This document shows, one piece after another, positions 16,468 to 23,827 of a DNA stretch of 27,718 bases. Source of the stretch: Chloroflexota bacterium (GTDB taxonomy: Bacteria; Chloroflexota; Limnocylindria; Limnocylindrales; CSP1-4). The notes under the pieces are model-generated. The model worked only from the letters and a program-made list of their open reading frames with translations, had not been told where the DNA came from and ran no database searches. How positions within the stretch are numbered: position 1 is the stretch's first letter; every line of letters starts with the position of its first letter. Made by a program: the position numbers and the translations under genes. The stretch lies in NCBI GenBank assembly GCA_039933675.1, contig JBDTNS010000001.1:1-27718 (forward strand). Reading direction: 5' to 3'.

Positions 16468-16565
16468 CCCATTCCACCGGCATTTCATCAACGTCATCAT
16501 CGGCATCGGGCTCCTGTTGAGCCGGCGCCGATGAATACCGCGAGGCTGCGATCGAGGGCCGTGAG

Positions 16566-16594
16566 TTGACTAACCTGGACTAACTTCGTATCGT
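16566..16594 (+). promoter_or_regulatory. Promoter/operator of the Phd-VapC operon
   Basis: TTGACT (16566-16571)-N17-TATCGT (16589-16594), GTG 7 nt downstream; GACTAAC direct repeat at 16568 and 16578. Confidence 0.7.
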
Positions 16595-16601
16595 ACGCCT
16601 C

Positions 16602-16838
16602 GTGGCGGAGCCGATGGTCAACATCCATGAGGCAAAGACCCACCTGTCCCGGCTGGTCGAACGCGTCGAGGCTGGTGAGGAGGTCGTGATCGCGCGCGCG
16701 GGTCGACCGGTGGCCCGTCTGGTGCCGTTCACGGCGCGGACGCAGCCACGCATCCCGGGTCTCTGGCGGGGGAGGGTGCGCCTCGCATCCGACTTCGATC
16801 GAACGGACGAGGAGATCCTCGGCGCGTTCGAATCGTGA
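16602..16838 (+). CDS. Phd/YefM family antitoxin
   Basis: VNIHEAKTHLSRLVERVEAGEEVVIARAGRPVARLVP. Confidence 0.92.
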   Translation: MAEPMVNIHEAKTHLSRLVERVEAGEEVVIARAGRPVARLVPFTARTQPRIPGLWRGRVRLASDFDRTDEEILGAFES

Positions 16839-17212
16839 TCCTGCTGCTCGATGCCCACACCGTGCTGTGGTGGCTGGCGGATGATCCCACCCTGGCCACC
16901 GGCGCACGGTCGGCGATCACGGACCCGGCCAATGACGTCCTCGTCTCCGCTGCGACCGTGTGGGAGATCGCCATCAAGCGTGCACTCGGCAAGCTGGACG
17001 CCCCGGACGGGTTGATCGACGCGCTCGAGGCGGTTGGGTTCGGGATCCTGCCGATCAACGGCGTCGATGCTGCACTCGCCGGGACACTGCCGGCCCATCA
17101 TCGCGACCCGTTTGATCGAATGCTCGTCGCCCAGGGACAGCGCCTGGGCGCACTCATCGTGAGCCGCGATCCCGCGTTTGCCGCATATGGCACTGACGTC
17201 GTGCCGGCCTGA
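16835..17212 (+). CDS. vapC: VapC family PIN-domain toxin
   Basis: LLDAH, SAATVWEIAIK, HRDPFDRMLVAQ, SRD; GTGA overlap with the antitoxin. Confidence 0.92.
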   Translation: MILLLDAHTVLWWLADDPTLATGARSAITDPANDVLVSAATVWEIAIKRALGKLDAPDGLIDALEAVGFGILPINGVDAALAGTLPAHHRDPFDRMLVAQGQRLGALIVSRDPAFAAYGTDVVPA

Positions 17213-17373
17213 GGGCCGACGGTGGCCGTAGGCGTCGCCGCGCTCGACAGCGGCTTCACCGAAGTCGATGGCACCGCGCCGCAGCCGATTGTCGAACCGC
17301 CGAGGAGGACGGCGAGAAGCACGCCCTGACTGCGGTGGCCGCCTCGCGCCCGGATTGGTGCTTCCAGGAACAT
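17213..17373 (-). pseudogene. 5' stub of a probable lipoprotein/secreted protein gene
   Basis: GGGAG upstream of ATG; basic N-region, VLLAVLLGG, imperfect lipobox TIGC, then an S/T/P/A linker that runs into the vapC stop codon. Confidence 0.45.
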
Positions 17374-17523
17374 GGTCCGTGCTCCCGCCTGTTCGGCATC
17401 GCTATCGGGCGATGTCCGACTTGAAGACGCTTGGGCCGCGTCAGTGTGTCAGCCCGCTCCTTGACGAATCGTCTGCCCCGTCCGAGGCTGTCGGCCGACC
17501 TCGTTCGCAGGAGAAGCCAAAGC

Positions 17524-18624
17524 ATGCTCGGTCTCACCGCCCTGGGGCGCCGCACCAGGATCCTCATCGGCGCCGCTTTCATCGCCGTCATCATCTCGGC
17601 CGTACTGGTCATGGGTGGGGCACCGAGCGTGGCGGTCTTCGCCGTGACCGCCGTGTCCCTGGCCCTGTTGGCCACCCTGGTGGGCGAGGGCACCGATCAG
17701 CTGGGCAGCCGCTTCTCGCCGGCCGTCACGGGCATCCTGCAATCGGCCCTGGGCAACCTGCCCGAGCTGTTCATCGCCTTCTTCTCGCTCCAGGCCGGGC
17801 TCGTGATCGTGGTCCAGTCGGCACTCATCGGCTCCATCCTCGCCAACAGCCTGCTCGTGCTCGGTCTGGCCTTCGTGGTCGGCGGCCTGCGCCACGGCAC
17901 ACAGCGCTTCGAGGGCGCCAACGTGCGCTCGATCGCCATGCTCCTGCTGCTGGCCGTGGCGGCCATCGTCATCCCAACCCTGGCCACTGAGCCCGGAGCG
18001 CCCGATGCCGGCCACGCCGCGGAGCTCTCGGTGGTCGTCTCGATCGTGCTCCTGGTCATCTTCGCGGCCTCGATCCCGTACGCCGTGCGACAAGGCAGCA
18101 GCTTGGCCTCCGCACGGGAAGATGCCGAGACCGAGATGGGCGAGCAGCGCTGGTCGCTGCGCCTCGCCTTCGCCGTCCTGATCGGCGCGGCACTTGGGTC
18201 GGCCTTCATGGCGGATTGGTTCGTCGAGGCCCTGCAACCGGCCATGGCCACGCTCGGCATGTCCGAGGCCTTTGCCGGCCTGGTGGTGGTGGCTATCGCC
18301 GGCAACGCCGTGGAGAACGTGGTCGGGGTCACGGCCGCGGCGCGCAACAAGAGCGAGCTCTCGATCAGCCTCATCCTCAACTCGAGCCTGCAGGTCGCCC
18401 TGGCCCTGACGCCCGTGCTGGTGCTGCTCTCGATGATCTTCGCGCCGGTGCCCCTGACCCTGGTCGTGACCCCGCTGCTGGCCGGCGCGCTGGCCTTCTC
18501 GGGCCTGCTCACGCTGGTCATCGTCTTCGACGGCGAGAGCAACTGGCTCGAGGGCCTGGCCCTGATGGGGCTCTACGCGATCATCGCGGCCTCGGTCTGG
18601 TGGGGCCCGCCCATCGGCGGCTGA
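17524..18624 (+). CDS. Ca2+/H+ antiporter (CAX/ChaA family)
   Basis: Two alpha-repeats, ALGNLPE and IAGNAVEN; C-terminal FDGESNWLEGLAL; about 11 TM helices; start ATG 17524 after AGGAG. Confidence 0.9.
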   Translation: MLGLTALGRRTRILIGAAFIAVIISAVLVMGGAPSVAVFAVTAVSLALLATLVGEGTDQLGSRFSPAVTGILQSALGNLPELFIAFFSLQAGLVIVVQSALIGSILANSLLVLGLAFVVGGLRHGTQRFEGANVRSIAMLLLLAVAAIVIPTLATEPGAPDAGHAAELSVVVSIVLLVIFAASIPYAVRQGSSLASAREDAETEMGEQRWSLRLAFAVLIGAALGSAFMADWFVEALQPAMATLGMSEAFAGLVVVAIAGNAVENVVGVTAAARNKSELSISLILNSSLQVALALTPVLVLLSMIFAPVPLTLVVTPLLAGALAFSGLLTLVIVFDGESNWLEGLALMGLYAIIAASVWWGPPIGG

Positions 18625-18631
18625 CCAATGC

Positions 18632-19186
18632 TCAGTCGGCGGTGGCGATCAGGCGCCGCCAGAGCTCGTCCACGCCGAGCGTTTCGGTCCAGCGGTCGAT
18701 GTATGCGCGATCGAGGGACTCGCCAGCCACATCGACCATCGCGGCGACGTCGCGGAGCTGTCGGTCCGAGTCGAACGGGACCGACCATTCCAGCTTCGCG
18801 ATGATCATGTCCTCGACGCTCGCGATGAAGCCCGGGATGCCGAGCAGGACCGCGGACCGGCGTCGCGCGAACTCCTCTCGCGAGAATGGCCGGTCCTTGC
18901 GAATGATGAAATCGATCTTGAATGCATCGGCGGCGACCACGTTGAACTGCGTCCGCTGACGGAGCGCATCGAAGGCGGCGTCGCGATCGACGTAGTAGCC
19001 GTCTGATAGGACGTCGTCGAGCAGCACGCCCAACTCGTCGTTCGAGGGCTCGATCACGATGTCGAGGTCGCGAGTCGCTCTGGGTTCGCCGTAGTAGCTG
19101 CTCGCGAACGAGCCCGTGACCATGTATGCGATCCCTGCTCGGTCGAGTCGACGAGCCGCGTCGGCAAGGAGCTCTGCGAGCGTCAC
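18632..19186 (-). CDS. Pol-beta superfamily nucleotidyltransferase (AbiEii/DUF6036-like), putative toxin
   Basis: MVTGSFASSYYGEPRATRDLDIV (GS...DxD), KIDF, EDMIIAKL, QLRDV; GTG 19186 overlaps the upstream TGA. Confidence 0.8.
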   Translation of the reverse strand: MTLAELLADAARRLDRAGIAYMVTGSFASSYYGEPRATRDLDIVIEPSNDELGVLLDDVLSDGYYVDRDAAFDALRQRTQFNVVAADAFKIDFIIRKDRPFSREEFARRRSAVLLGIPGFIASVEDMIIAKLEWSVPFDSDRQLRDVAAMVDVAGESLDRAYIDRWTETLGVDELWRRLIATAD

Positions 19187-19437
19187 TGCGTTGTGGCACG
19201 CCGCGATCGAGCGACCCTGTCGGCAAGATCCGCTCCGAGCACGAGGCGGGCAAGCGCCACCGCAACCTCTGCGTCGGTGAAAGATGGATGCCGATCCCGG
19301 ATCCCGGCCGTCGTAATCTGTCGGACCTCGGCGCTCATGGCGACCGCCATCTCGAGGCGCTCGCCGGATGTCATCGCCCGGATGGCGTCGAACTGGCGAC
19401 GAGCCGCCTCGTTCGACGTATCGCGCAGTCGAATCAT
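19183..19437 (-). CDS. Small helical protein coupled to the nucleotidyltransferase (putative antitoxin)
   Basis: 84 aa, RDTSNEAARRQ...MTSGERLEMA...AGIRDRHP; TACAGT -10 box 7 nt before the ATG. Confidence 0.75.
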   Translation of the reverse strand: MIRLRDTSNEAARRQFDAIRAMTSGERLEMAVAMSAEVRQITTAGIRDRHPSFTDAEVAVALARLVLGADLADRVARSRRATTQ

Positions 19438-19559
19438 GGGCTGGACTGTACCCCGCCTGACGTTCACCTGGTTTCCACTCGGCTGCGACCCGGGTTCCCT
19501 GCGCCGTCCCGGCGTGATCGCCTAACCGCCAGGCCGGCGCGTTACTCTGGGGCGGCGCG

Positions 19560-19744
19560 ACGCTGGCGCCGCCGATGATCCACCCGCCGTTGCGGACGTG
19601 GAACTTGAAGAGCCACGGTGCGCCTTCCGACAACCTGATGGGCTGCACCTTGTTCGGCGCCCAGAAGTTGACTTCGTCCAGCGGGGCTCGTGCCGCCAGA
19701 AATTGGAACCATTCGCGATCCGTGTTCGCGACCCAGTACCGCAC
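19560..19744 (-). pseudogene. 5' stub of an HNH restriction-endonuclease-like gene (N-terminal domain only)
   Basis: MRYWVANTDREWFQFL...DEVNFWAP...GAPWLFKFH...IIGG matches my recollection of the N-terminus of COG3440-type putative restriction endonucleases. No HNH motif follows; the 3' limit is approximate. Confidence 0.65.
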
Positions 19745-19815
19745 AACGCCGGTGTACGAGGGCAAACACGACGCGCCTACACTCCGGTTCAGTCGCCAAG
19801 GCTCTCGGAGCGATC

Positions 19816-21735
19816 ATGCACCTCTACCAGGGCACCAGCGAGCAGTTCATCGCGGACGCCGTGCAAGCACGCCTCGCCAATCAACTCTCCGACCGCTTCT
19901 TCGACGAGTTCCGCTATCGACCGGCATCGTCCGAGGTCACGTCCTGGCGGAATTCGCTTGGCGCGATGGCGAACCTCCTCCGACACGCGGATCTGACAGA
20001 CCAGGGCATCCTCGTCGAGCTGAAACTGCCGCTGTCGTCAAAGCGCCTTGATGTCCTGATTACGGGCTCGAATCCGACGACCGGAGACAGCGCCGTAATC
20101 GTCGAACTCAAGCAATGGACCGAGGTCGGGCGCTCGAACATCACCGACTGCGTCGTCGTGAATTTCGGTGGCCACGAGATCGACCACCTGCATCCGTCTC
20201 GCCAGGTGGCGCAATACCAGCGCTACCTTCTCGACACGCACCCGGCATTCGCGGAGGACCCCGCGGTGGCGCTCGACGCCTGCGCCTATTTGCATTACGC
20301 GACATACGATCCGAAATCACCGCTCTACCAGGCCGACTTCGCGACGCTCCTGGCCACGAACCCATCGTTCGCCGGAGACCAGCTGAACGACTTCGCGATA
20401 TTCCTGGACGCGCGAGTCGCCGGACCAGACGAAGGCTCGGTCATCCTCGATCGAGTCGCAAACGCCGCCTTCCGCCCCGGCAAGCGGCTGCTCGATCACG
20501 TGGCAGGCGTCATCAAAGGCGAACCCGTCTTCACGTTGCTCGACGAACAGCAGGTTGCGTTCAACGCGATCATGGATTCGGTCCGATCGGCTGGTCAGAA
20601 CCAGCAGAAGGTCGCGTTCATCGTCGCCGGGGGACCGGGCACCGGGAAGTCGGTCATCGCTGTCAACCTTGTTGCCGAACTCTCGGCGTTGGGCCTGAAG
20701 ACCCTTCACCTGACCGGCTCGAAGGCGTTCACGGAGAACCTGCGCAAGATCGTCGGAACGCGGGCGGGCGCGATGTTCAAGTACTTCCGCGATACCGCGA
20801 CCGTCACTGAGCCGCTCGATGTCGCGATCCTGGACGAAGCCCACCGCATCCGGACCATCAGCACCAACCGTTTCACACCGGCCAAAGCGCGAACCGGCAA
20901 GGCCCAGATAGACGACATTCTCGACGCCAGTCGCGTGACCGTCTTCTTCATCGACGATCTCCAGGTCGTGCGACCCGGCGAGGTCGGCAGTACCGACCTC
21001 ATCCGCGAATCGGCGTTCAAGCGCGGCCTCGAGGTCCGCGAGTTTGAATTGAAGGCCCAGTTCCGCTCCAACGGCTCCGATTCGTTCATCCAGTGGGTCG
21101 ACAACACGCTCGAGCTGGCGCGGACGCCGCAGATTCTGTGGCCGTCGGACGACGAGTTCGACTTCCGCGTCGTTGCCTCCGTGCGCGACCTCGATCGATT
21201 GATCCGCGGCAGGGCAGGGGAGGGGGCCACGGCTCGGCTGGTTGCCGGCTTCTGCTGGCCGTGGTCAGAGCCCGACGCGGCAGGCCAACTTGAGCCGGAC
21301 GTGAGGGTAGGGGACTGGTCGATGCCCTGGAACGCCAGGGGCGACGCCCGGAAGCTGGGGCCCGGGATCCCGAAATCGGACTTCTGGGCGAGCGACCCGA
21401 ACGGGATCGAGCAGGTTGGCTGCGTCTACACCGCGCAAGGCTTTGAATTCGACTACGTCGGCGTCATCGTCGGCCCCGATCTCGTCTACCGGACACTCGA
21501 TGGGGGATGGGTCGGCCAGCGCGACCAGTCACACGACCGGATCGTCCGCAGCGGCGTCACCGACGCGGAGTTCACCGACTTCGTGAAGAGCACCTACCGC
21601 GTCCTCCTGACCCGCGGCCTCCGTGGCTGCTATGTCTTCTTCATGGACGCGCCTACGCGGGACTTCGTCCTGAGCCGGATCGAGCGGCCAAAGGCGATGG
21701 TCATGGCCGCCGAACATCCGGCTACCTACGAGTGA
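19816..21735 (+). CDS. DUF2075 (Schlafen group 3-like) SF1 helicase with N-terminal PD-(D/E)xK-like domain
   Basis: KRLDVL...IVELKQW, Walker A GGPGTGKS, Walker B ILDEAHR, GCVYTAQGFEFDYVGV, YRVLLTRG; start ATG 19816 (MHLY). Confidence 0.88.
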   Translation: MHLYQGTSEQFIADAVQARLANQLSDRFFDEFRYRPASSEVTSWRNSLGAMANLLRHADLTDQGILVELKLPLSSKRLDVLITGSNPTTGDSAVIVELKQWTEVGRSNITDCVVVNFGGHEIDHLHPSRQVAQYQRYLLDTHPAFAEDPAVALDACAYLHYATYDPKSPLYQADFATLLATNPSFAGDQLNDFAIFLDARVAGPDEGSVILDRVANAAFRPGKRLLDHVAGVIKGEPVFTLLDEQQVAFNAIMDSVRSAGQNQQKVAFIVAGGPGTGKSVIAVNLVAELSALGLKTLHLTGSKAFTENLRKIVGTRAGAMFKYFRDTATVTEPLDVAILDEAHRIRTISTNRFTPAKARTGKAQIDDILDASRVTVFFIDDLQVVRPGEVGSTDLIRESAFKRGLEVREFELKAQFRSNGSDSFIQWVDNTLELARTPQILWPSDDEFDFRVVASVRDLDRLIRGRAGEGATARLVAGFCWPWSEPDAAGQLEPDVRVGDWSMPWNARGDARKLGPGIPKSDFWASDPNGIEQVGCVYTAQGFEFDYVGVIVGPDLVYRTLDGGWVGQRDQSHDRIVRSGVTDAEFTDFVKSTYRVLLTRGLRGCYVFFMDAPTRDFVLSRIERPKAMVMAAEHPATYE

Positions 21736-21844
21736 CGGCCGGTTAGTCGCTCAACTTGTCGACGGCGACCGTGTGGTACTCCTGTGATCCAACTGGATCG
21801 GGAGCAGTCCGCCGACGCGGATTGATATGACGTGGAAGGGCGAA

Positions 21845-21997
21845 ATGGGGGTCCGGTTTCGCCGGAGCATCAAGATCGCGCCGGGGGTGCGTCTCTCAGT
21901 CAGCAAGACCGGGCTGGGCATGTCGGGTCTCGGACCGCGACGGACCCGGCCGGCTCACCCGACGATCTTGATGGTCCCTCGCATCCCGGCCTCGTAG
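21845..21997 (+). pseudogene. 5' stub of a DUF4236-domain gene (absent from the ORF track)
   Basis: GGAAGGG then MGVRFRRSIKIAPGVRLSVSKTGLGMS, the DUF4236 signature; truncated near 21930 and reading into the convergent gene. Confidence 0.8.
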
Positions 21998-22485
21998 TGG
22001 CCTGTCACATGGCACGCATAGGCGTATGGTCCCGAGCCGTCGAAGGTGGACGTGAGCGACTCCGTCTGCATCATCCCGAGGTCAGCGATCTCGGGCGTCC
22101 CCTCCTGGTCAGCTGCCACCGCACCCGCCGGACCGACCATGAACTCGTGGACGAGCGGGCCCATCGTCGTGACCTCGAACGTCACGCTCTCGCCCCGAGC
22201 AACGCTGATCGAGGACGGGCTGAACGAGTAGCCGGGTCCGGCGATGACGTGGATCACGCGAGGTGCGGCGACGGTCCCGGCGACGAACCCGGTCTCGCCC
22301 GGCTGCGGGCCGTTGGCCGCCCCGAGTCCCGGGTCGATCGTCCCGCCGCCCCCGCCACCCATCATTCCCGGGCCGACCGGCCCGCTCCGAGGCGTGTTCG
22401 ACCCAACCGCTGCGCCGAGGACCAGGAACGAGACACCGGCGATGACGAAACCAAGACCGACCCATCCGAGCGACAACCGTCGCAT
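21955..22485 (-). CDS. Plastocyanin/azurin-family cupredoxin, membrane-anchored
   Basis: Type-1 Cu ligands VHEF...YACHVTGHYEAGM; N-terminal TM helix; GMMGGG linker. Confidence 0.9.
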   Translation of the reverse strand: MRRLSLGWVGLGFVIAGVSFLVLGAAVGSNTPRSGPVGPGMMGGGGGGTIDPGLGAANGPQPGETGFVAGTVAAPRVIHVIAGPGYSFSPSSISVARGESVTFEVTTMGPLVHEFMVGPAGAVAADQEGTPEIADLGMMQTESLTSTFDGSGPYAYACHVTGHYEAGMRGTIKIVG

Positions 22486-22487
22486 CG

Positions 22488-22730
22488 TCAGTGCCCCAGG
22501 GTCTTCTTGGCCTGCTCGAACTCCTGCTCGGTGATCTCGCCGCGCGCGAACCGTTCGCGCAGGATGTCAAGCGCGCTCGAGCTAGCCGCTGCAGGCGCCG
22601 ACGATCGGCCGCGACTCGACGACCGGTTGACCGCCCAGACGACGAGACTCACGAGACCCACCATCAGGAGCACGCCGCCGATCACCCAGAAGCCGCCACT
22701 CGAGCCCATGTCCCATCCGTAGTTCATCAT
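22488..22730 (-). CDS. SHOCT domain membrane protein
   Basis: One TM helix then ALDILRERFARGEITEQEFEQAK; start ATG 22730. Confidence 0.88.
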   Translation of the reverse strand: MMNYGWDMGSSGGFWVIGGVLLMVGLVSLVVWAVNRSSSRGRSSAPAAASSSALDILRERFARGEITEQEFEQAKKTLGH

Positions 22731-22941
22731 CGTCTGCCTCTGAAGGCGGGCGAGGACTTCGACCTGATCTGGAGAGTGCGCGCCCGATGCCATCCTACGC
22801 GCCCCTGGGCGAAACGCCGGGCGAGCGGACCGTGAGCCGTCGATCATGCTGGCGCGGGTGGTAAGTCCGGACGCTTCATATGACTCGCTGACCCTGATGT
22901 TGGCGACGCACAAGGTCGCTCACGAGCATCAATCAGACATA

Positions 22942-22967
22942 ACTCACCTTATCGGAAGTAGGTGAGT
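22942..22967. promoter_or_regulatory. Inverted repeat, candidate operator
   Basis: ACTCACCT-N10-AGGTGAGT in an AT-richer intergenic patch. Confidence 0.4.
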
Positions 22968-22979
22968 AACGCTGACGGG

Positions 22980-23153
22980 CTATCGATGCGCGGTTGCCGA
23001 CCGAGCGGATCTCGAATCCAGGATCGCGACCACTGAAACGCGGTCATTCGCTTCTTCGTGCTGGTCCGCGACGATCATGCATCGCCACGGACCAAGGATG
23101 AAGCGAAATCCTTGTCAGCGGCCGCCGAGCTCCGGGCACAAGGCCGGGAATGC
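22980..23153 (-). pseudogene. C-terminal relic of a RelE/ParE-like toxin gene with internal stop (absent from the ORF track)
   Basis: Translates to AFPALCPELGGR*QGFRFILGPWRCMIVADQHEEANDRVSVVAILDSRSARSATAHR*; TGA at 23117-23115 is one change from TGG. Family assignment is from recollection. Confidence 0.6.
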
Positions 23154-23755
23154 ACTACGTCCGAACCCGACTCGCCTATTTCGATCCCGGCCAGGAAGCT
23201 GATCACCCGGTCCATCTGCAGCGTCGCGGCCGGTTCGTCGTAGTCCGACAGGCTGGCGTCGGCGAACAGGTGGCCCTCGCCCGGGTACGGGAACAGATCG
23301 GCGTCCGTTGTCGATGCGACGAGCGCGCGAGCGGCCTCGAGGTCACCGCCATCGACGAAGAACGGGTCGGCATCCATCCCGTGGACCTGGACCGGGACGC
23401 CGGTCGGCCACTTGCCGCCGAACTCCTCGGTCGGGATACAGGCGTGGAATAGCAGGGCGCCCTTCGTTCCGGACCGGGTCTGGGCCAGCTCCTGGGCCGG
23501 CATGACGCCGAGTGAGAAGCCGGCATAGACGAGCCCGTCGGCCAGCCCGTCTGCGGCATGCAGTCCACGCTCCTTGATCGCGCCGAAGCCGACCTCCTTG
23601 GCGTAGGCAAGGCCCGCGTCCAGATCGGCGAAGACGCGGCCTTCGTACAGGTCGGGCAGATGCACGGTGTGACCGGCCCCGGTCAGCGTGTCGGCGAACT
23701 CGCGGACCCCGTCCGTCAGCCCCTGGGCGTGGTGGAAGAGCAGAACCTCAGCCAT
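23075..23755 (-). CDS. Dienelactone hydrolase family protein with a probably non-native ~35-aa C-terminal extension
   Basis: LFHHAQG, PDLYEG, AGFSLG, YPGEGHLFAD; the tail after ...ISFLAGIE overlaps the toxin relic. Confidence 0.88.
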   Translation of the reverse strand: MAEVLLFHHAQGLTDGVREFADTLTGAGHTVHLPDLYEGRVFADLDAGLAYAKEVGFGAIKERGLHAADGLADGLVYAGFSLGVMPAQELAQTRSGTKGALLFHACIPTEEFGGKWPTGVPVQVHGMDADPFFVDGGDLEAARALVASTTDADLFPYPGEGHLFADASLSDYDEPAATLQMDRVISFLAGIEIGESGSDVVHSRPCARSSAAADKDFASSLVRGDA

Positions 23756-23756
23756 T

Positions 23757-23779
23757 CATTCGTCCTTACATTCGTCCTT
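23757..23779. repeat. Duplicated RBS-ATG unit (AAGGACGAATG x2 on the minus strand)
   Basis: CATTCGTCCTT at 23757-23767 and 23769-23779. Confidence 0.85.
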
Positions 23780-23827
23780 TGTCCGGGCGCCTCGAATCCC
23801 CCGGCCATTCCCCTCCCCCTGTCCCTG

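Noticed and set aside
18632-19765. 377-aa ORF apparently fusing an HNH-type N-terminus to the nucleotidyltransferase
   Set aside because: The middle ~125 codons are not protein-like and overlap the real 84-aa gene in another frame. The NTase has its own coupled start at 19186, so this is chance read-through in GC-rich DNA.
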